Positions 13,062-26,281 are shown, counted from the stretch's first letter. The stretch: 63,515 nt of DNA from Fonticula alba ATCC 38817 (GCA_000388065.2 KB932208.1), one strand, 5' to 3'. A program made the numbers and translations. The notes: generated from the letters alone by a model not told the origin.

Positions 13062-13235
13062 GGAGGGACGACGACCGGCGCGCGGCAGGAGTGGCGGCGG
13101 CAATGTGAGGAGGCGCATACAACAAATGGTGGCGGTTCACAGACGTCCGCCGTGCGGGCGAGCGTGCAATGGGGGCGGGGGGGGGGGGGGGGGGGGGGCG
13201 CGCGCGCGAAGGGGAGAAGCAGATCGAGGGCGTAC

Positions 13236-13896
13236 ACCAAGCAAAGTCCTTGATCACGCGCAGGGCGTCAACCTTGATGAACCAGTTGGCCACGACCAGG
13301 CCGGCGCCGAGGATCTGGCACCCGATGAAGGTGGCCCACCCGGCAGAGGTCACCGGGAGGGTCCAGTTGCCGAAGGCGATGAAGATCATGAAGAAGGAGG
13401 CAAAGTCCGACAGGAGGATGAGGTCGACGATGCCGCGGAACACGAGCCAGGCATTGTACTCGGTGGGCATGGACTGGGGACGCACACATGTGTACGTGTG
13501 TGTGTGTGTGTGTGTGTTTGTGTGAGTGTGTGTGTTTGTGTGAGTGTGAGTGTGTGTGTGTGTGTGAGTGAGTGAGTGAGTGGGGGGGTGGAGGGGGAGC
13601 CCGCGCGGGGGATGGGCGCGGAGTGTGAAGACACCCACACATCCACACACCCACACAATGTGTGTACGACGCACCTCGAAGTTGTAGGAGGCATCCATCT
13701 TCTTGGACAGCTGGTCCTTGACCCGGGCCACGAGACCGGGGTTGTTCTTGATAAAAGCATCATAGGCCCGGGTGAAGGACTGATGCTTCGACTGGCTGGA
13801 CAGCAGAGCACCGAGGCCAAAGTTGTAGGCCATGCGCCAGAAGGCGAAGGACAGCAGGAAGATGTAGGAGGGGGCGCCAGAGAAGAAGGCGAGGAG
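13236..13896 (-). CDS. CHO2: Phosphatidylethanolamine N-methyltransferase, fungal Cho2/PEM1 type; two visible exons, both ends in gaps
   Basis: [36 protein letters not shown] and [17 protein letters not shown]|(Y) match remembered Cho2 motifs (FWRxAYNxGxG, EYNxWLxFRxxVDLILxxDF, WVKxDAHRVVKDYAWYWGDFF). Confidence 0.85.
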
Positions 13897-14465
13897 CTGT
13901 CACGGATACAGGGAGAGACGTGCCAAGAGAGAGATGGATAGAGAGAGATGGCGAGGGGGGGGGGGGGGGGCTGGGCCGGCGGGGGGGGGGGGGGGGCGAG
14001 CGGAGACGCACGCGTCCGCGCGCACGCGTGCTGCCCGAGGCCCTCCGGGGGAATGTCCGGGGGATCCCGACCACGGCACCGTCCCAGATCGCCACACCGT
14101 GGCCGCCGCCTCGCCATGCTTCCCCCCCCGGCCCAGGCGGAGCACAGACCGGCAGAGGGCGGGGGGCGGGCGGGCGGAGAGCGGGTTCGCTCGCCGGCCT
14201 TGAACCGGGCACGCCGGTCCCCGGCGCGGTGGCCCTCGTGCTACAGCGCCCCATTTTCACGCCCGCTCCAATGGGCTGGGGCACTTGCGCCCGCGGGCAG
14301 ATGTTCGCGCCCGACAGTCACACCCCATCTTGATGTTGGGGGGGGGAGGTTGTGTAAGGTCCGCGGCCGCGTGCCCGGCGCATGTGTGCAGCCGCACTCG
14401 CCGCACCCTTGGCACCAAGACACCGTTACGGGGAGATCGCCCCCCCCCCCCCCCCCCCCCCCCCC

Positions 14466-15446
14466 NNNNNNNNNNNNNNNNNNNNNNNNNNNNNNNNNNN
14501 NNNNNNNNNNNNNNNNNNNNNNNNNNNNNNNNNNNNNNNNNNNNNNNNNNNNNNNNNNNNNNNNNNNNNNNNNNNNNNNNNNNNNNNNNNNNNNNNNNNN
14601 NNNNNNNNNNNNNNNNNNNNNNNNNNNNNNNNNNNNNNNNNNNNNNNNNNNNNNNNNNNNNNNNNNNNNNNNNNNNNNNNNNNNNNNNNNNNNNNNNNNN
14701 NNNNNNNNNNNNNNNNNNNNNNNNNNNNNNNNNNNNNNNNNNNNNNNNNNNNNNNNNNNNNNNNNNNNNNNNNNNNNNNNNNNNNNNNNNNNNNNNNNNN
14801 NNNNNNNNNNNNNNNNNNNNNNNNNNNNNNNNNNNNNNNNNNNNNNNNNNNNNNNNNNNNNNNNNNNNNNNNNNNNNNNNNNNNNNNNNNNNNNNNNNNN
14901 NNNNNNNNNNNNNNNNNNNNNNNNNNNNNNNNNNNNNNNNNNNNNNNNNNNNNNNNNNNNNNNNNNNNNNNNNNNNNNNNNNNNNNNNNNNNNNNNNNNN
15001 NNNNNNNNNNNNNNNNNNNNNNNNNNNNNNNNNNNNNNNNNNNNNNNNNNNNNNNNNNNNNNNNNNNNNNNNNNNNNNNNNNNNNNNNNNNNNNNNNNNN
15101 NNNNNNNNNNNNNNNNNNNNNNNNNNNNNNNNNNNNNNNNNNNNNNNNNNNNNNNNNNNNNNNNNNNNNNNNNNNNNNNNNNNNNNNNNNNNNNNNNNNN
15201 NNNNNNNNNNNNNNNNNNNNNNNNNNNNNNNNNNNNNNNNNNNNNNNNNNNNNNNNNNNNNNNNNNNNNNNNNNNNNNNNNNNNNNNNNNNNNNNNNNNN
15301 NNNNNNNNNNNNNNNNNNNNNNNNNNNNNNNNNNNNNNNNNNNNNNNNNNNNNNNNNNNNNNNNNNNNNNNNNNNNNNNNNNNNNNNNNNNNNNNNNNNN
15401 NNNNNNNNNNNNNNNNNNNNNNNNNNNNNNNNNNNNNNNNNNNNNN
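14466..15446. other. Assembly gap (N)
   Basis: Run of N following a poly-C tract. Confidence 0.95.
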
Positions 15447-15907
15447 ATCGCATCCCCCCCCCCACACCCGGGGCAGACCCTCAACTGCCAGCCTTTGCCC
15501 CCGGGCTCCGGCAAAAATTGCCCCCCTGCCACCTCCGCATGCGTGGTCGACCAATTAAATGCTGTCACGCCGCGCCGGTACCACCATGGCGGGATCATGA
15601 AAGCTTTGTCCCTCGCCCTCTCTCCGCCTCCGTCTCTGCCCCACATCGTGCATTCATGCACACACGTCCCCCCCCCCGCCCCCCTTCCCGCGTATGTGTG
15701 TGTGTGTGTACCGCCCCCTTGGCACCGGGGCATCGAGAGACAAGGGACCGGGCGGGGGGGGGCGGCGGCGGGTGGGCGCCCATCACTGTCCCGGTCCCCC
15801 CCCCCCCCCCTGTGCCGGGTGTAGGGAGGCCCGTTCCCGAGGGGGGAGTATATTTCCGCGGAGCGCCGTAGTTGTCGCCAAACAGCGCGCAGCACGTGAT
15901 GGCCAAA

Positions 15908-18086
15908 TCACACACCAAAGTAGATGCCGTGACCGGCCTCGATTGCCTGGTCGAGCATGGCCGCCTGCGATCGAGCGAAGGCGGCCAGAGAGTGCAGCGC
16001 CTGCTGATGGGCCTCCACCGCCTCCGGGTGTGCTGCTTCCCGATGGTCGGCATCCAGGTCGGCCAGGTTGATGAGACTGCGCTGTCGCTGCAGGAGCTCG
16101 ACGAGGAAGGCCGCCGCATCGTCACCGTGCCGCGGCGACACCGGGTCCGCCAGCAGACGCCGCAGGTGCTGGCGCCCGTGCCGGACTGGGGCATCGTCAG
16201 CAGGACACTCGCAGGCCAGCGCGCCACACTCCTCGCAGATGGCCGCCTGAAGGGCTTCCTGCAGGTGGAAAAACTCCGCAACGCGGAGTGTTTGAATGTC
16301 TGCACCGTGGTTTGGGGAGGATACATCAGTATGCGCAAGCGGCCGAGAGGCCAGTGGCCCCGATGCACAGGGGGGACCCCGACAAGGGCAGGGGAAATGC
16401 GCGACGGGCGGGCGCGAGGAGGCGGGAAGAGGGCGGTGGAAAGGCCCACTGGCACCGGCACACAAGCACACACAACCGCGGCAAATGGCCAATGCCCAAT
16501 GGGGAGCGGGGGGGGGGGGGGGGGGGGAACCACGTACTCAGGGCCATCCGGCTCGTGGGATTCAGGGAAAAGCCCCGGCCCGAGGCAGCCCGCTCGAGGG
16601 TCAACCGGGGCGGAAGGCCAAGCGCCTGCATCAGGCCCTCACGGTGTGCCGGGAATTCGTCACCCCGGATGCCCACTCCCCCGCAGGCGGCGTCATCGGC
16701 GGCCAGGCTGTCCTGGAAGGCCATCGATTGGGCCAGTGCCTGGGGCCCGGCCACCGACAGGACCAGCCGATCATGGGGATTGGCCTCGGCCTCGGGGAAG
16801 AAGCCATACTGGAAGATCAGCTCGTCGGAGCCCTTATCACCGTAGGATGTCAGCAGGGGAACCAGAGCGCGCTCCTGGCCGGCTGGTCCGGCGGCCGCCG
16901 TCAGCACCGGGTCCGCCGAGTAGATGGTCACCCCGTCGAAGGATGCCTGCCACTGGGCAAAAAGGTGGTCGGCCGGCTGCCGCGAGGGGACCGGTGCCGA
17001 TGCCGCTCCTTCGGCGACCGGTGTCGATGCCGCTCCTTCGGCGACCGCTGCCGATGCGACTCCTTCGGCGACCGGTGCCGATGCCGCTCCTTCGGCGGCC
17101 GCGGCCGTGACTCGGCCGGTCGCCGCCACGCGATGATTGCAATAGTCCACCACGGGCACCAGGGCATCGACGATGGCTTCGCTCGGGCCAGTCCCAGGAC
17201 TGCCGGCCAGGAAGGGGCCGCGGAAGACCCGCGACCGGAAGGCCCCATCCGCCCAGAGGAGATCCCCCGGGGCAAGGAGCTCCTCCCCGGCCAGGGGCCC
17301 AGCCGGGCAGCCCGGACCATCCAGCGCCAGCAGGCATACCAGCACCCGCAGCACCGGTAGCTCCAGGCCGAGCAAGTGCATGCGCTTGGTCAGAACCGCC
17401 GGGCCAAGCCCGGTGCCACGCAGCAGCCGAGACGCCAGCTCGCCGGCCGGTCCATAGAGGCAGGCATTCAGGCTCGGGGGGGTCGTCGGCCAGGCGGCCA
17501 TCAGCACCGGCAGATACTCGATCAGATGGGCCTCCTCGGTGGGCTGGGCAGCCCCGGCACCGGCGTCGGGCCAGAAGCCCGGCAGCCCCGCGAAGGTGTC
17601 CTCGAAGGCGAGTGCCGGGGCGGCGGCCGTCGGGAGGAGGCCCTCCCGGCGGGCGTGCGCCCGTGCCAGCAGCAAGCACAGCAGGATGCCCAGGCGCGTG
17701 CGCAGGGGGGTCCCAGGGCGCAGCCGGTCCGGGTCGATGTCTTGCAGGGCGTCCACACAGCCGGGGTACAGGGCCACCAGGCGGTCGACCAGCGGGGCGT
17801 CCGTCCCCTCCAGCAGGGCATCCAGGCTGGCCAGGGCACGGCGGACTGGCCGGACACCGGTCAGCCGTTGGTCGGTGAGCACAAACTTCCCGGGGATGAA
17901 GCAGAGCGGGATGGCGGCATCATCGGTGCCTGCGGCGCCGCCAGGCGGAAGAGGCAAATTCATGAAGAGACCCATGCCACCGTGGGCATCGGCCGCGATA
18001 CGCAGCTCCGGATGCAAGTAGGTCTCCGGATCCTGGAGGAGGGTCTCCACCAGACGGGCATGGCGCCGCTCAAGTGTGGGCCGCAT
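15908..18086 (-). CDS. SET-domain protein lysine methyltransferase (Rubisco-LSMT/SETD3/Rkm-like), 2 exons
   Basis: GGMGLF, LVPVVDYCNH and TSYGDKGSDELIFQYGF motifs; in-phase intron 16300-16537 joins to an exon ending GIYFGV-stop at 15908. Start Met tentative. Confidence 0.82.
16989..17096 (-). repeat. Four 27-bp coding tandem repeats (VAEGAASAP-like) inside the SET domain
   Basis: Unit gaccggtgccgatgccgctccttcggc (plus strand) repeated 4 times with few substitutions. Confidence 0.88.
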
Positions 18087-19109
18087 ATTTCGGCCGGGGC
18101 AAGTGAAGGGGGGCTCGGCAGGGGGCGAGGAGGGGGGGGGGGAGGCGGGGGAGGGAACGCAGGATGTGATCGGTGGGCATGTCCGTCCTTTGGCAGCGCC
18201 ATCTTGAATAGAAACAGCAATCCCACTCCGCCGCCGTTCCCCCCGCCCCCCCCCCCCCGACCCGGTGCCATCGCCGCGTCCCGACGGGCGGGCCAATGTG
18301 GCCCCCCATGCGCGCACGTGCGCGTAGTCCCCGCNNNNNNNNNNNNNNNNNNNNNNNNNNNNNNNNNNNNNNNNNNNNNNNNNNNNNNNNNNNCCCCCCC
18401 CCTGCACTCCCCCCGGCCCTCTTCCTCCTCTTCCTCGCCGCGCGGCCTTCCCCTCCCCCCCGCTCAAAAAAGCGCTTGTTCTTGCTCAGCCTTCCGCATG
18501 GCACTGTACATCGTGTAGGAGGGGGCTGCGCCGGCTGCTGTGTGGGCTTCAATTTTTAAAGGAAAAAGGGGAGCAATCACAGGAAAGCTCATCGCATGTG
18601 TGCCCCGAGAGAAAAGAGTGGCTCGCACTCTTCGTGTGTCTCGTGGGGGTGATCCGAAAATCACTCACGAATCTGGGGGGTGGAGCAAAGGCAGGAGGGA
18701 AAGGGGCGAAGAGTTAGATGAGGAGGCAGGGGGAGGAGGAGGAGGAGGAGGCAGCGAGATGTGATGTGGGATATCCTCAACTTCAAAGTTCTCAGTCATG
18801 GTTTTTTGTTTCAGACAGGGATAACTTGAAAAAATTCTTCATTGGTATGACGCAGCAGCAGGGCAAACAGGCGAGCATGGGGGGGGGGGGGGGGGGGGGG
18901 GGGGAAGGGACGCACGCGATGGAGAAGCGCAGAGAGTGGGCGAGGAAAAAAAGGCGAGGGCGGGAGGCCAAGCCGGGCCACGCATTTTGAGTGTGTGTCA
19001 CCTGCCTGTGGGCCGGCCGCCGCCCACGCGGCCTAGTATGCCTGGGACATTTCCCCCCGATGCGCGGGCAAAAAGACGCGCCCTCAGAAATAGCCTCGGG
19101 GCCGGGATG

Positions 19110-19121
19110 AAAAAAAAGAAA
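19110..19121 (-). terminator. RNA polymerase III terminator (T-run) of tRNA-Glu
   Basis: TTTCTTTTTTTT immediately 3' of the tRNA on the minus strand. Confidence 0.85.
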
Positions 19122-19194
19122 CTCCCATACCGGGACTCGAACCCGGGGCGCGTGGGTGAAAGCCACGTATCCTAACCACCTAGACCATATGGGA
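19122..19194 (-). tRNA. tRNA-Glu(TTC): tRNA-Glu (anticodon TTC), intronless
   Basis: TCCCATATGGTCTAGGTGGTTAGGATACGTGGCTTTCACCCACGCGCCCCGGGTTCGAGTCCCGGTATGGGAG: acceptor stem TCCCATA/TATGGGA, TTC anticodon, TTCGA T-loop, intact A and B boxes. Confidence 0.97.
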
Positions 19195-20042
19195 TGGTTA
19201 TGGTTGATACAACCAACCCGCTGGAATATGTACATGCGGTTTTCCACGGAGTTTGGGCCGCCGGTTGTCGATCGTGTCCTCCGGCGAGCCGGTGATTCCC
19301 CCCGCCCCCCGGACGCGCTGGGTGCGCACCTGTGGAATTCCCTCCACCTGGCCCCTCTCCTCGATACCACCGACCTGTGTCTGGCGGTGGTGCCTCGACT
19401 GCTCGCCTGCGGGAGCTCTCGGGCCTGTGCCCATTGTTGTGGCTGGTCGTGCTGAGCATGGTGTTGTTGTTTTTTTTTTCCCCCGCCGCCCCTCTTCAAA
19501 CCATGCACCCGGGCAGGCACCACAGATTGCTCCTCCCGAGACGCCCTTTCCCCCCCAGTCCAGGCCAAGGGAGACACATGGCTTTCCTTCTCCGGACATT
19601 TATTCACCCGTGTATTGTCGTCACCAATCCGCGCGGTGCGCGCCGGGGGCGTGCCTTCAAAAATGCATGGTCTGGTGAGTCTGCGCACGGGCGCTCTCTC
19701 ACACCCGCGAGCACAGGGGGCGCGCGGAGATGCCTTATGGTCCCCCCCCCCCGCCCAGCGAGCATCAAGGCGGAGGCCGGGCGGCGGGGGGGGGGGGGGG
19801 GGGAGGGGGCGGGGGGGGGGGGGGGGGGGGGGGGGAATGGGCGCGCGGAGGCAGGGGAGGGGCGAGAAAATAATGGCATTGTCCCCCCTCGCGGCTTCCT
19901 TCGCTCGGTCTTTTCCCTTCTTGGTGCTTCCTGTGCTCCGTGCTTTCTTTTGCCCCTCCGGCGTGGGCACTCCGAACCTGGCGCGCAAGGTGCTGGCCGC
20001 TGCCTGCTGCTCCCTTCCCCCACCGGCCGGAATAGCCGTTCG

Positions 20043-20073
<31 letters not shown>

Positions 20074-20136
20074 CGCTCGCTCGCTCGCTCGCTCGCTCTC
20101 GGCCCTGGGCGTGTGCCCTCCCCGATGGAAATGCCA

Positions 20137-21460
20137 TCACAGAAGCAGCATCATCACCACAGAGAGCGCCATCAGCCGAAGGGCAAGCACCGACCGCATG
20201 GAGGCAGGCCCGCTGTTCGGGAACAGCGAGTCGTGGTAGCTGTACGTAAAGCGATTCAACGTGAGCGACTCATTGCGCCAGATCTGCGAGCAGCGGGCCC
20301 CACGAAAGATGGCATTCCCCACGGTGGCCCGAGGGCAGATGAGATCCGGCGTCGGGAAGAGGTCCAGCAGCTTGCAAATCTCGGCATAGCTGTTGCTCCG
20401 GGCGCTCTGGCACTGCATGATCTTCTTGATGGAGGAGGAGCACACGCGCGAGTTGCAAAACACCGGCGAGGCCAGGTGGAAATCAAAGTCATTGTCCTGG
20501 AACTCGCACTGGCTGCGCACCAGGTTGTAGTGCCGGAGGAGGTTCTGATCGTCGCATCCCTCGGGCGGGTGCATCTCGGTGTGCTTTTCCGGGAAGAGGT
20601 AATTCACCGGGCAGTAGAGCTCCTCGTCCTCCAAATTGGTCGTGGCCACATGCGAATGCGGGGCCACCTTGATGCAATGCTTTTGGTAATCCTCCAGGTA
20701 CTTGGCACAGTGGCCGAAGCTCTGGTGGCGAGCCACCGGCATGCCGCCGGTCACCATGCCATTGAGTGTTCCGCAAATGGCAAGGTCCGCCAGGAAGGGC
20801 AAAATGTCCCGGCTGCAGGCGGCCCCGCGCAGGGTCAGCACCTTCACCATCTCGAAGCTTTCCATGTAGGCACGCCCACAGAAGGTATTTAACTGGGGGT
20901 CAAGGGTGGCGCGCGGTTCGCGCCGGTGGGGCGGCACCCGGGTGGGCCGGGTCCCTGGGGCGTCCACCTGCTCGACCACCTGGGGATTGGTGGCGTTGTC
21001 TGTGGAGGATGCCCCGAAGTGGCGTGCGGTTGATGCGGTCATGCGTTAGAGTCCGGCAGGCACATTGTCCCCGGAATGTGCACATTTGTCGGGCCATCGG
21101 CCTGCCCGCATGTGCATCTCTCTCTCTCTCTCTGTGTCTCTCTTCCTCTCTCTGTGCGTGTGGGTGTGTGTGTGTGTCTCGCTCTGCCATCTGCAGCTCC
21201 CCATCACCATCGAGCACCAGGACGCGCGCGCGCGTGGTGCGCCATTCTGCGTGCACACGCGTGCTTGGGAGGGCCACCACGGGCAGGGGGGCGGGAAATA
21301 CGCACGCGAACAGGGGGGGTGCTTCTCCAACAGTGCATCCAACTGCTGGAGCACCGCAAAGGTCCCGGTGATGTTGGCGCTGAGCAGCCGATGCACAAGA
21401 GGGTCGAGCTCCATGGCGTCCAGGCGAAGGGCAGGGGCGCAGACAATAAAGCGACACGAG
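20137..21460 (-). CDS. Cys-rich, probably GPI-anchored surface protein of unknown family; N-terminal exon uncertain
   Basis: Long exon 20137-20999 with about 13 Cys, ending NSGPASMRSVLALRLMALSVVMMLLL-stop (small residues plus hydrophobic tail). In-phase upstream exon encodes MELDPLVHRLLSANITG...HPPCS. Confidence 0.62.
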
Positions 21461-23639
21461 CTAGGAAGGCGAGAAGGGGGGCTGCAACGGAAGGGGGCCG
21501 ACTCCGGAGAAGGTGAGGGAAAGGCGGGAGGACTTCTGGAGAGCCGCCACTCTCCCACACCACCAGGCCAGTGGCAGATATAAGCGCCTCTGCCGGGGAT
21601 TCCCGGCGAGCCCAGCCATCGATCATGCCCAACAGAGGGCTTCCGCTCCGGCAGGTGCCGGCATTCCTTCCCGATCTCGGGGATGATGGTCCTGGTGCGG
21701 GATGGCCCATCCCCGTGGCAGGCAATGTCGTGCGAAGGAAAGGGCTGCAGGGATGAAGATCCGCCGGGCACCTGGGCAGGACGAAAGCAGCCGCCTGGGG
21801 GGGAAAAGTTTTGTGCGAAGTCCGGGCGAATGTCCAGACAAACGCTTCGCTCGAGGCAGGGCAGATGGCAGGGCAGGCTGTGTCACCAGCTCCCGCCCAA
21901 GGAAGAGGTGCAGAGCCGGCCCAACGGCGGCGGTCGCGGCAAAGGGAGGCGCAAGGGATTGCCGCTGCCCGCTTCTCGGCGATCCCGGTGCGCGATTGGA
22001 CATTTGCATGGTCCCCCGATGCCGGCCATGGACGGCCGCGATTCGCCGGGCAAGATCGAAGGACCGGGCCGCCCGGCCAAAACGCCAGCAACACGAAGCG
22101 GGCCGCCGGCCGCTTGGACTGGGGCCCCGGGTGGTATTCTCCCAGAGGGGCCACCAGGCCCGGAGGGCCCTGCACAGGGACCGGCTTCTGGTTCGAGCGA
22201 GGGCACCGGATCGCCGGTTATGGAGGCCTCTTAAGAGCGAGGAAGGGGGCCGGGCCGGGCCGGGCCGGGCCGGGGGCAGGGAGAGGGAGAAAATGGGAAC
22301 ACGATCGGGAAATGGGCCGTGCCTCATTTTGGCGATCCCGAAAATGGTTGTCCCAGGTCCGCTGCACATACCCCACAACGGCCCCCCCCCCTGGAGCCGT
22401 GAGGCGCGTCCGGGATCGGCTGGTTTCTCGGTGCGGCGCGAATGCCCGCGCGCATGCACGCACATGCGTCTCCCCGGGTGCGTGCGAATAACGGGCAGGC
22501 CTGGAGGTGCGGCGAGGCCGCATCGGCAGCATCGCGGCCGTGTGGCCCTGCCTTCGCGCTTCACTTTCGCCAGGTCCGCCAGGGGAAAGCCACCCCTTCT
22601 TGTGAGCCCGAGAATTGCGTGTCGCCCTTGTGTGCTTCTTCTCCTTCAGCTGGGGGCTTCTTTAACTCGGTGCGCTTTTCATTAGCTCCGCATCGACCCG
22701 GGCGCCCGAGTCTATTCGCCTCTTCCGTCATTGACAGAGGGGGGGGGTATGCTGGTAGGGCACGCGCGGGCACGCGCGGGCGCGCGGGCGCGCGAGAGAG
22801 AGAGCGGGTTCTTGTGGGCGACTGACCAACCCGTAGGGCGGGCCGTCGCGACAATCGCCCTTTGCGATTGGTAGATGGCGGCACCGATGGTCAGGCTCAG
22901 CTGGAGGGGGGAGGCAACTCGGGCATAGGCCGCAGGAAGTTCGACCCCCCCCCCCCCCCCAGCACCCCGAGAGTCAGGAGGCGGCGCGCGGGGCGTGGAC
23001 AAAGGGTGGCGGCCCTGCAGGTGGCAGGAGCCCCAGCTGCCCGGGGGGTCCACCCCTGCCTCCGCTCGTTCCGGCCGGCTCCCCGCGGAGAAGAAAACCC
23101 CCAGGACCGAGAAAGAGGACCGGTCTTCCGGGCTGAGGACCCACGCCAAGAGCAGCTCTGCCACACAGGGGCCCCGATGGGGCAGCAGAGCATCCCACGG
23201 GCCGGGGGCCGCGGACATGCGGCCCCGCGTGCACGGGTCGGCCACAAAAAGAAAGCCGGGGCAGGCAGTTTGTATATTGAGGATGTGAAGAGGAAAGAAC
23301 TGGAGGCGCTGCGACAGGGGTCCCCCTGAGCACCGCCGGCCGACCGCGAGGGCGCGCCGCAAACACACGTACATGGGAGGGCGAGCTCCCCCAAAGAGCG
23401 AGGCACCCCATGGATCCCGCCACAGGGAGGAGAGAAAAGGAAAAAGAGACACCCGGCTCTCCATTTTCCCGGCCACCGGGAATGCACAGGTATAGGACGA
23501 CGACCTGACGCCCGCATTCATTCCGGCGCCGGCTGCTGTCGGGACGGCCCCCGGTGCACATGGGGGCAAGGGAGGCGCGCGCGGCGCTGTCCGCGAGATG
23601 CGCGCGCGTCTAGTCTAGCACACGTCAAACTCAAGGGTC

Positions 23640-23703
23640 TTAAGCCGCTCCAGCTGCTGGGACACCTGCTCGCAGAACTCCGTCACCTCGGAGGGTCTTC
23701 ATG

Positions 23704-23738
<35 letters not shown>

Positions 23739-26281
23739 ATGGGGGAGGGGGGCGGAGCAGGAAGAGGAGCGAGGAGCGAGGGGCACACATGGCACGCAGG
23801 CATGCGCCAGCATACACCAGGTCAGTGGGAAGGCACACGAGTGATTGGATGCCTGCCGATCGTCAGTGCCCCAGCCTGCGATGGAGGGCCACATAGCGTA
23901 CCTGACGAGCATCTCCGCATGGCGGAGCTCCGGCTTCCAGATGAGCTTCAGGTTCGGCTGCGCCTCGATGTACTCGCGGACCTTGCTCGAGGGAACAATG
24001 CTGGATACAAGCACAGCCCCGAGGGGGCGACCAGGAGCAGAGGGGCACACGAGGGCACGTCCATGTGCAGACATGGCCACGCACGCACACACACACACAC
24101 ACACGCACGCACACGTCGTCATTGTCCCCCGTGCAGGGGGGGGGGAGGAGGGAAAGCGCAGCAGGAGCGTGTCAGGACCATGCACATGCCGCCTTGGCCG
24201 CCCTCCCGGGGGCTGCATAACAATGGATGGCGAGAGCCAGGACAGGCCGCCGGTCAGAGAGCGGCCAAATGCACGCACCTGTCCAGGCCCGACAGGAGGA
24301 CCACCGTGTCAAGGTGCTCATGACGCTCGCCGGTGGCGACATCCTTGGCGTGGAGACTGCGCGTGGACAAGTCCTCCAGCCACAGCGAGCTGGAAATCCA
24401 ATCGAAGTGCCGGCCAAGCGAGTAGGCGATATGGAGCTCGCGCGCCGCGCCATACCGCATGATGGCCTGCTGCCAGTCAACCGGCACACGGTGCAGGAAA
24501 TTGTGCGCCACATCCGACAAGCAAAGGAGGAAGCACACCGGGTCCAGGAGCATCAGCCCGGCCACGCGCTCCGGGTGCAGTCGCGTCATCCAAGAGCAAG
24601 TGACTATATGGCGTCACAGCCCGGTGGCGGGGGCACGGTCAGTTTCACGGCCAAGGCCCAGGCAACCGGACACCGGAGGCGGAGGGGGGGGGGGGGGAAA
24701 GAAAGCAGGCAAGCCGAGCAGAGGGCCGGCAGGCCCCAAGGGCAACAGCGCTTGAACGGCCCAACAGGCCGGCATCAACGCACGACTTCCAATACTGTGG
24801 CCGATGAAGAGGGCGCGAGTCCGACGCCGGGTCGACGAGGCCCCGCCGGCCCCACGGGCGGCTGTGACGGCCCGCTGTGCGGGTGCCGATGTGCCGGGCG
24901 CCACGGCAGTGGTCGTGGCGTCGGTCGGGCTGTCGGCATCGGCATCGGCATCGGCGGTCGGCGCGTCGAACTCCGACTCCAGCAGGGTGTCCAGGTCCCG
25001 GACCACCTCGCGAGCGGTGGGGTTGGCGTCCCAGAAGAGGCGCTGGGAGATTTGCGGCAGCTCCAGCGCCACGAAGCCCCGGCGCTGGGTCTTGGCCAGG
25101 CCGAGCAGGCGCCACACAACCAGGAAGTATGGCACCAGGCCCAGGCCGATGCCGTGGACAAAGACAATCGGCGTCGAGGGGGCCGGCTCGGCCGGGGCAC
25201 CGGCCGGGGCACCGGCCAACGCGCCAGCCGGCTTGTAGATCCAATAGTACACACAGCCACAGCGCTTGGACTCGAGCCCGGCCCGACGCAGCACATGCGA
25301 GCAGAGCATCCGCACGAGGCTGACCACCGCATACCACACCAGTGGCCGGTGATGCACGACCACCGGGTCCAAGGACAGACGAAGGGTCCGCACCCCGGGG
25401 GTCCGTCCTGGCGGGAAGGTCCAACGTGTTTGGGTTTCAATTCGCTTGATCCAGGTGTCGACTTGAGCCTGTGTGTTCGGCGGCGAGGGCAGGGGCTGGG
25501 AGTCAGTGATCCGGCGGCCGGCCATGCAGGCACACCTGCCAGGCTTGGTCGGCCTCCCGGGCATGCGCATGTTGCCCCACGCAGGGGGGGGGGGGGGGGG
25601 GGGGGGCGAAGCAGGAAAGGGGCGCCTGGACACGCACCAGGCCCACCGGCGAAAGCTCCGACATCTCTGATCCCCAAAAGGCCCAGGCCATCCAGTCGCC
25701 GAGATTGTCCCGTCCAATGGTCTCGAACGGGGCACCGAAGAACCAGTCGGTCAAAAACTCCCGCGCCTTTTCGGGCCGGCTGTTCCCGGAAAGGGCATAC
25801 ACCCGATTGAAGGTTTCGATGCGCTCGGCGTCGGTGCGCGCGCCTGGCGTCACGCGCCAGTTGTACTCGATCAAAATCAGCCGGCAGTTGAGATAGTGGC
25901 CGATTTCGAGGCAGCACCAGATGTCCACCAAAACCAGCAGTGTGGACATGATGAAGGGGAAGCCAGCCAGCTGCACGTGGATTCGGCCGCCACCGGGAGG
26001 GGGGGGGGGCGGGAGAGGGAGATGTAAGCGACAGGGCGGGCGGTGGTCGGGTCAATGCCGGGGCCGCCGGGGCCGAGGCCGGTGATGGTGGGCATTTCAC
26101 GCACCCCGCCGCCGAAGTAGCGGAAGGAGAGCCACAGGAAACTCAGTGGGATGGGCGAAAAGCGCAGGAGGTACTCGCCGAGCTTGGTCAGGCCCAGGGC
26201 CATGAGCTGCTGCAGGCCGGGCGGCGGCACGGCCGTCGTGGGCGGCAGCGGCCCTGGCTTCTCGCTGGTTGATAGGGCCAT
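23640..26281 (-). CDS. Alpha/beta hydrolase with N-terminal hydrophobic region, multi-exon
   Basis: PIVFVHGIGLG oxyanion motif, LFIGHSIGS nucleophile elbow, LLDPVCF, candidate acid in ..D|SIVP and candidate His in ELRHAEML; ATG at 26281. Confidence 0.82.

Noticed and set aside
12069-15895. Long ORFs composed mainly of X
   Set aside because: Artefacts of translating N gaps.
19195-19460. Complex sequence and ORFs just upstream of tRNA-Glu
   Set aside because: The listed ORF overlaps the tRNA antisense; no motif or splice support.
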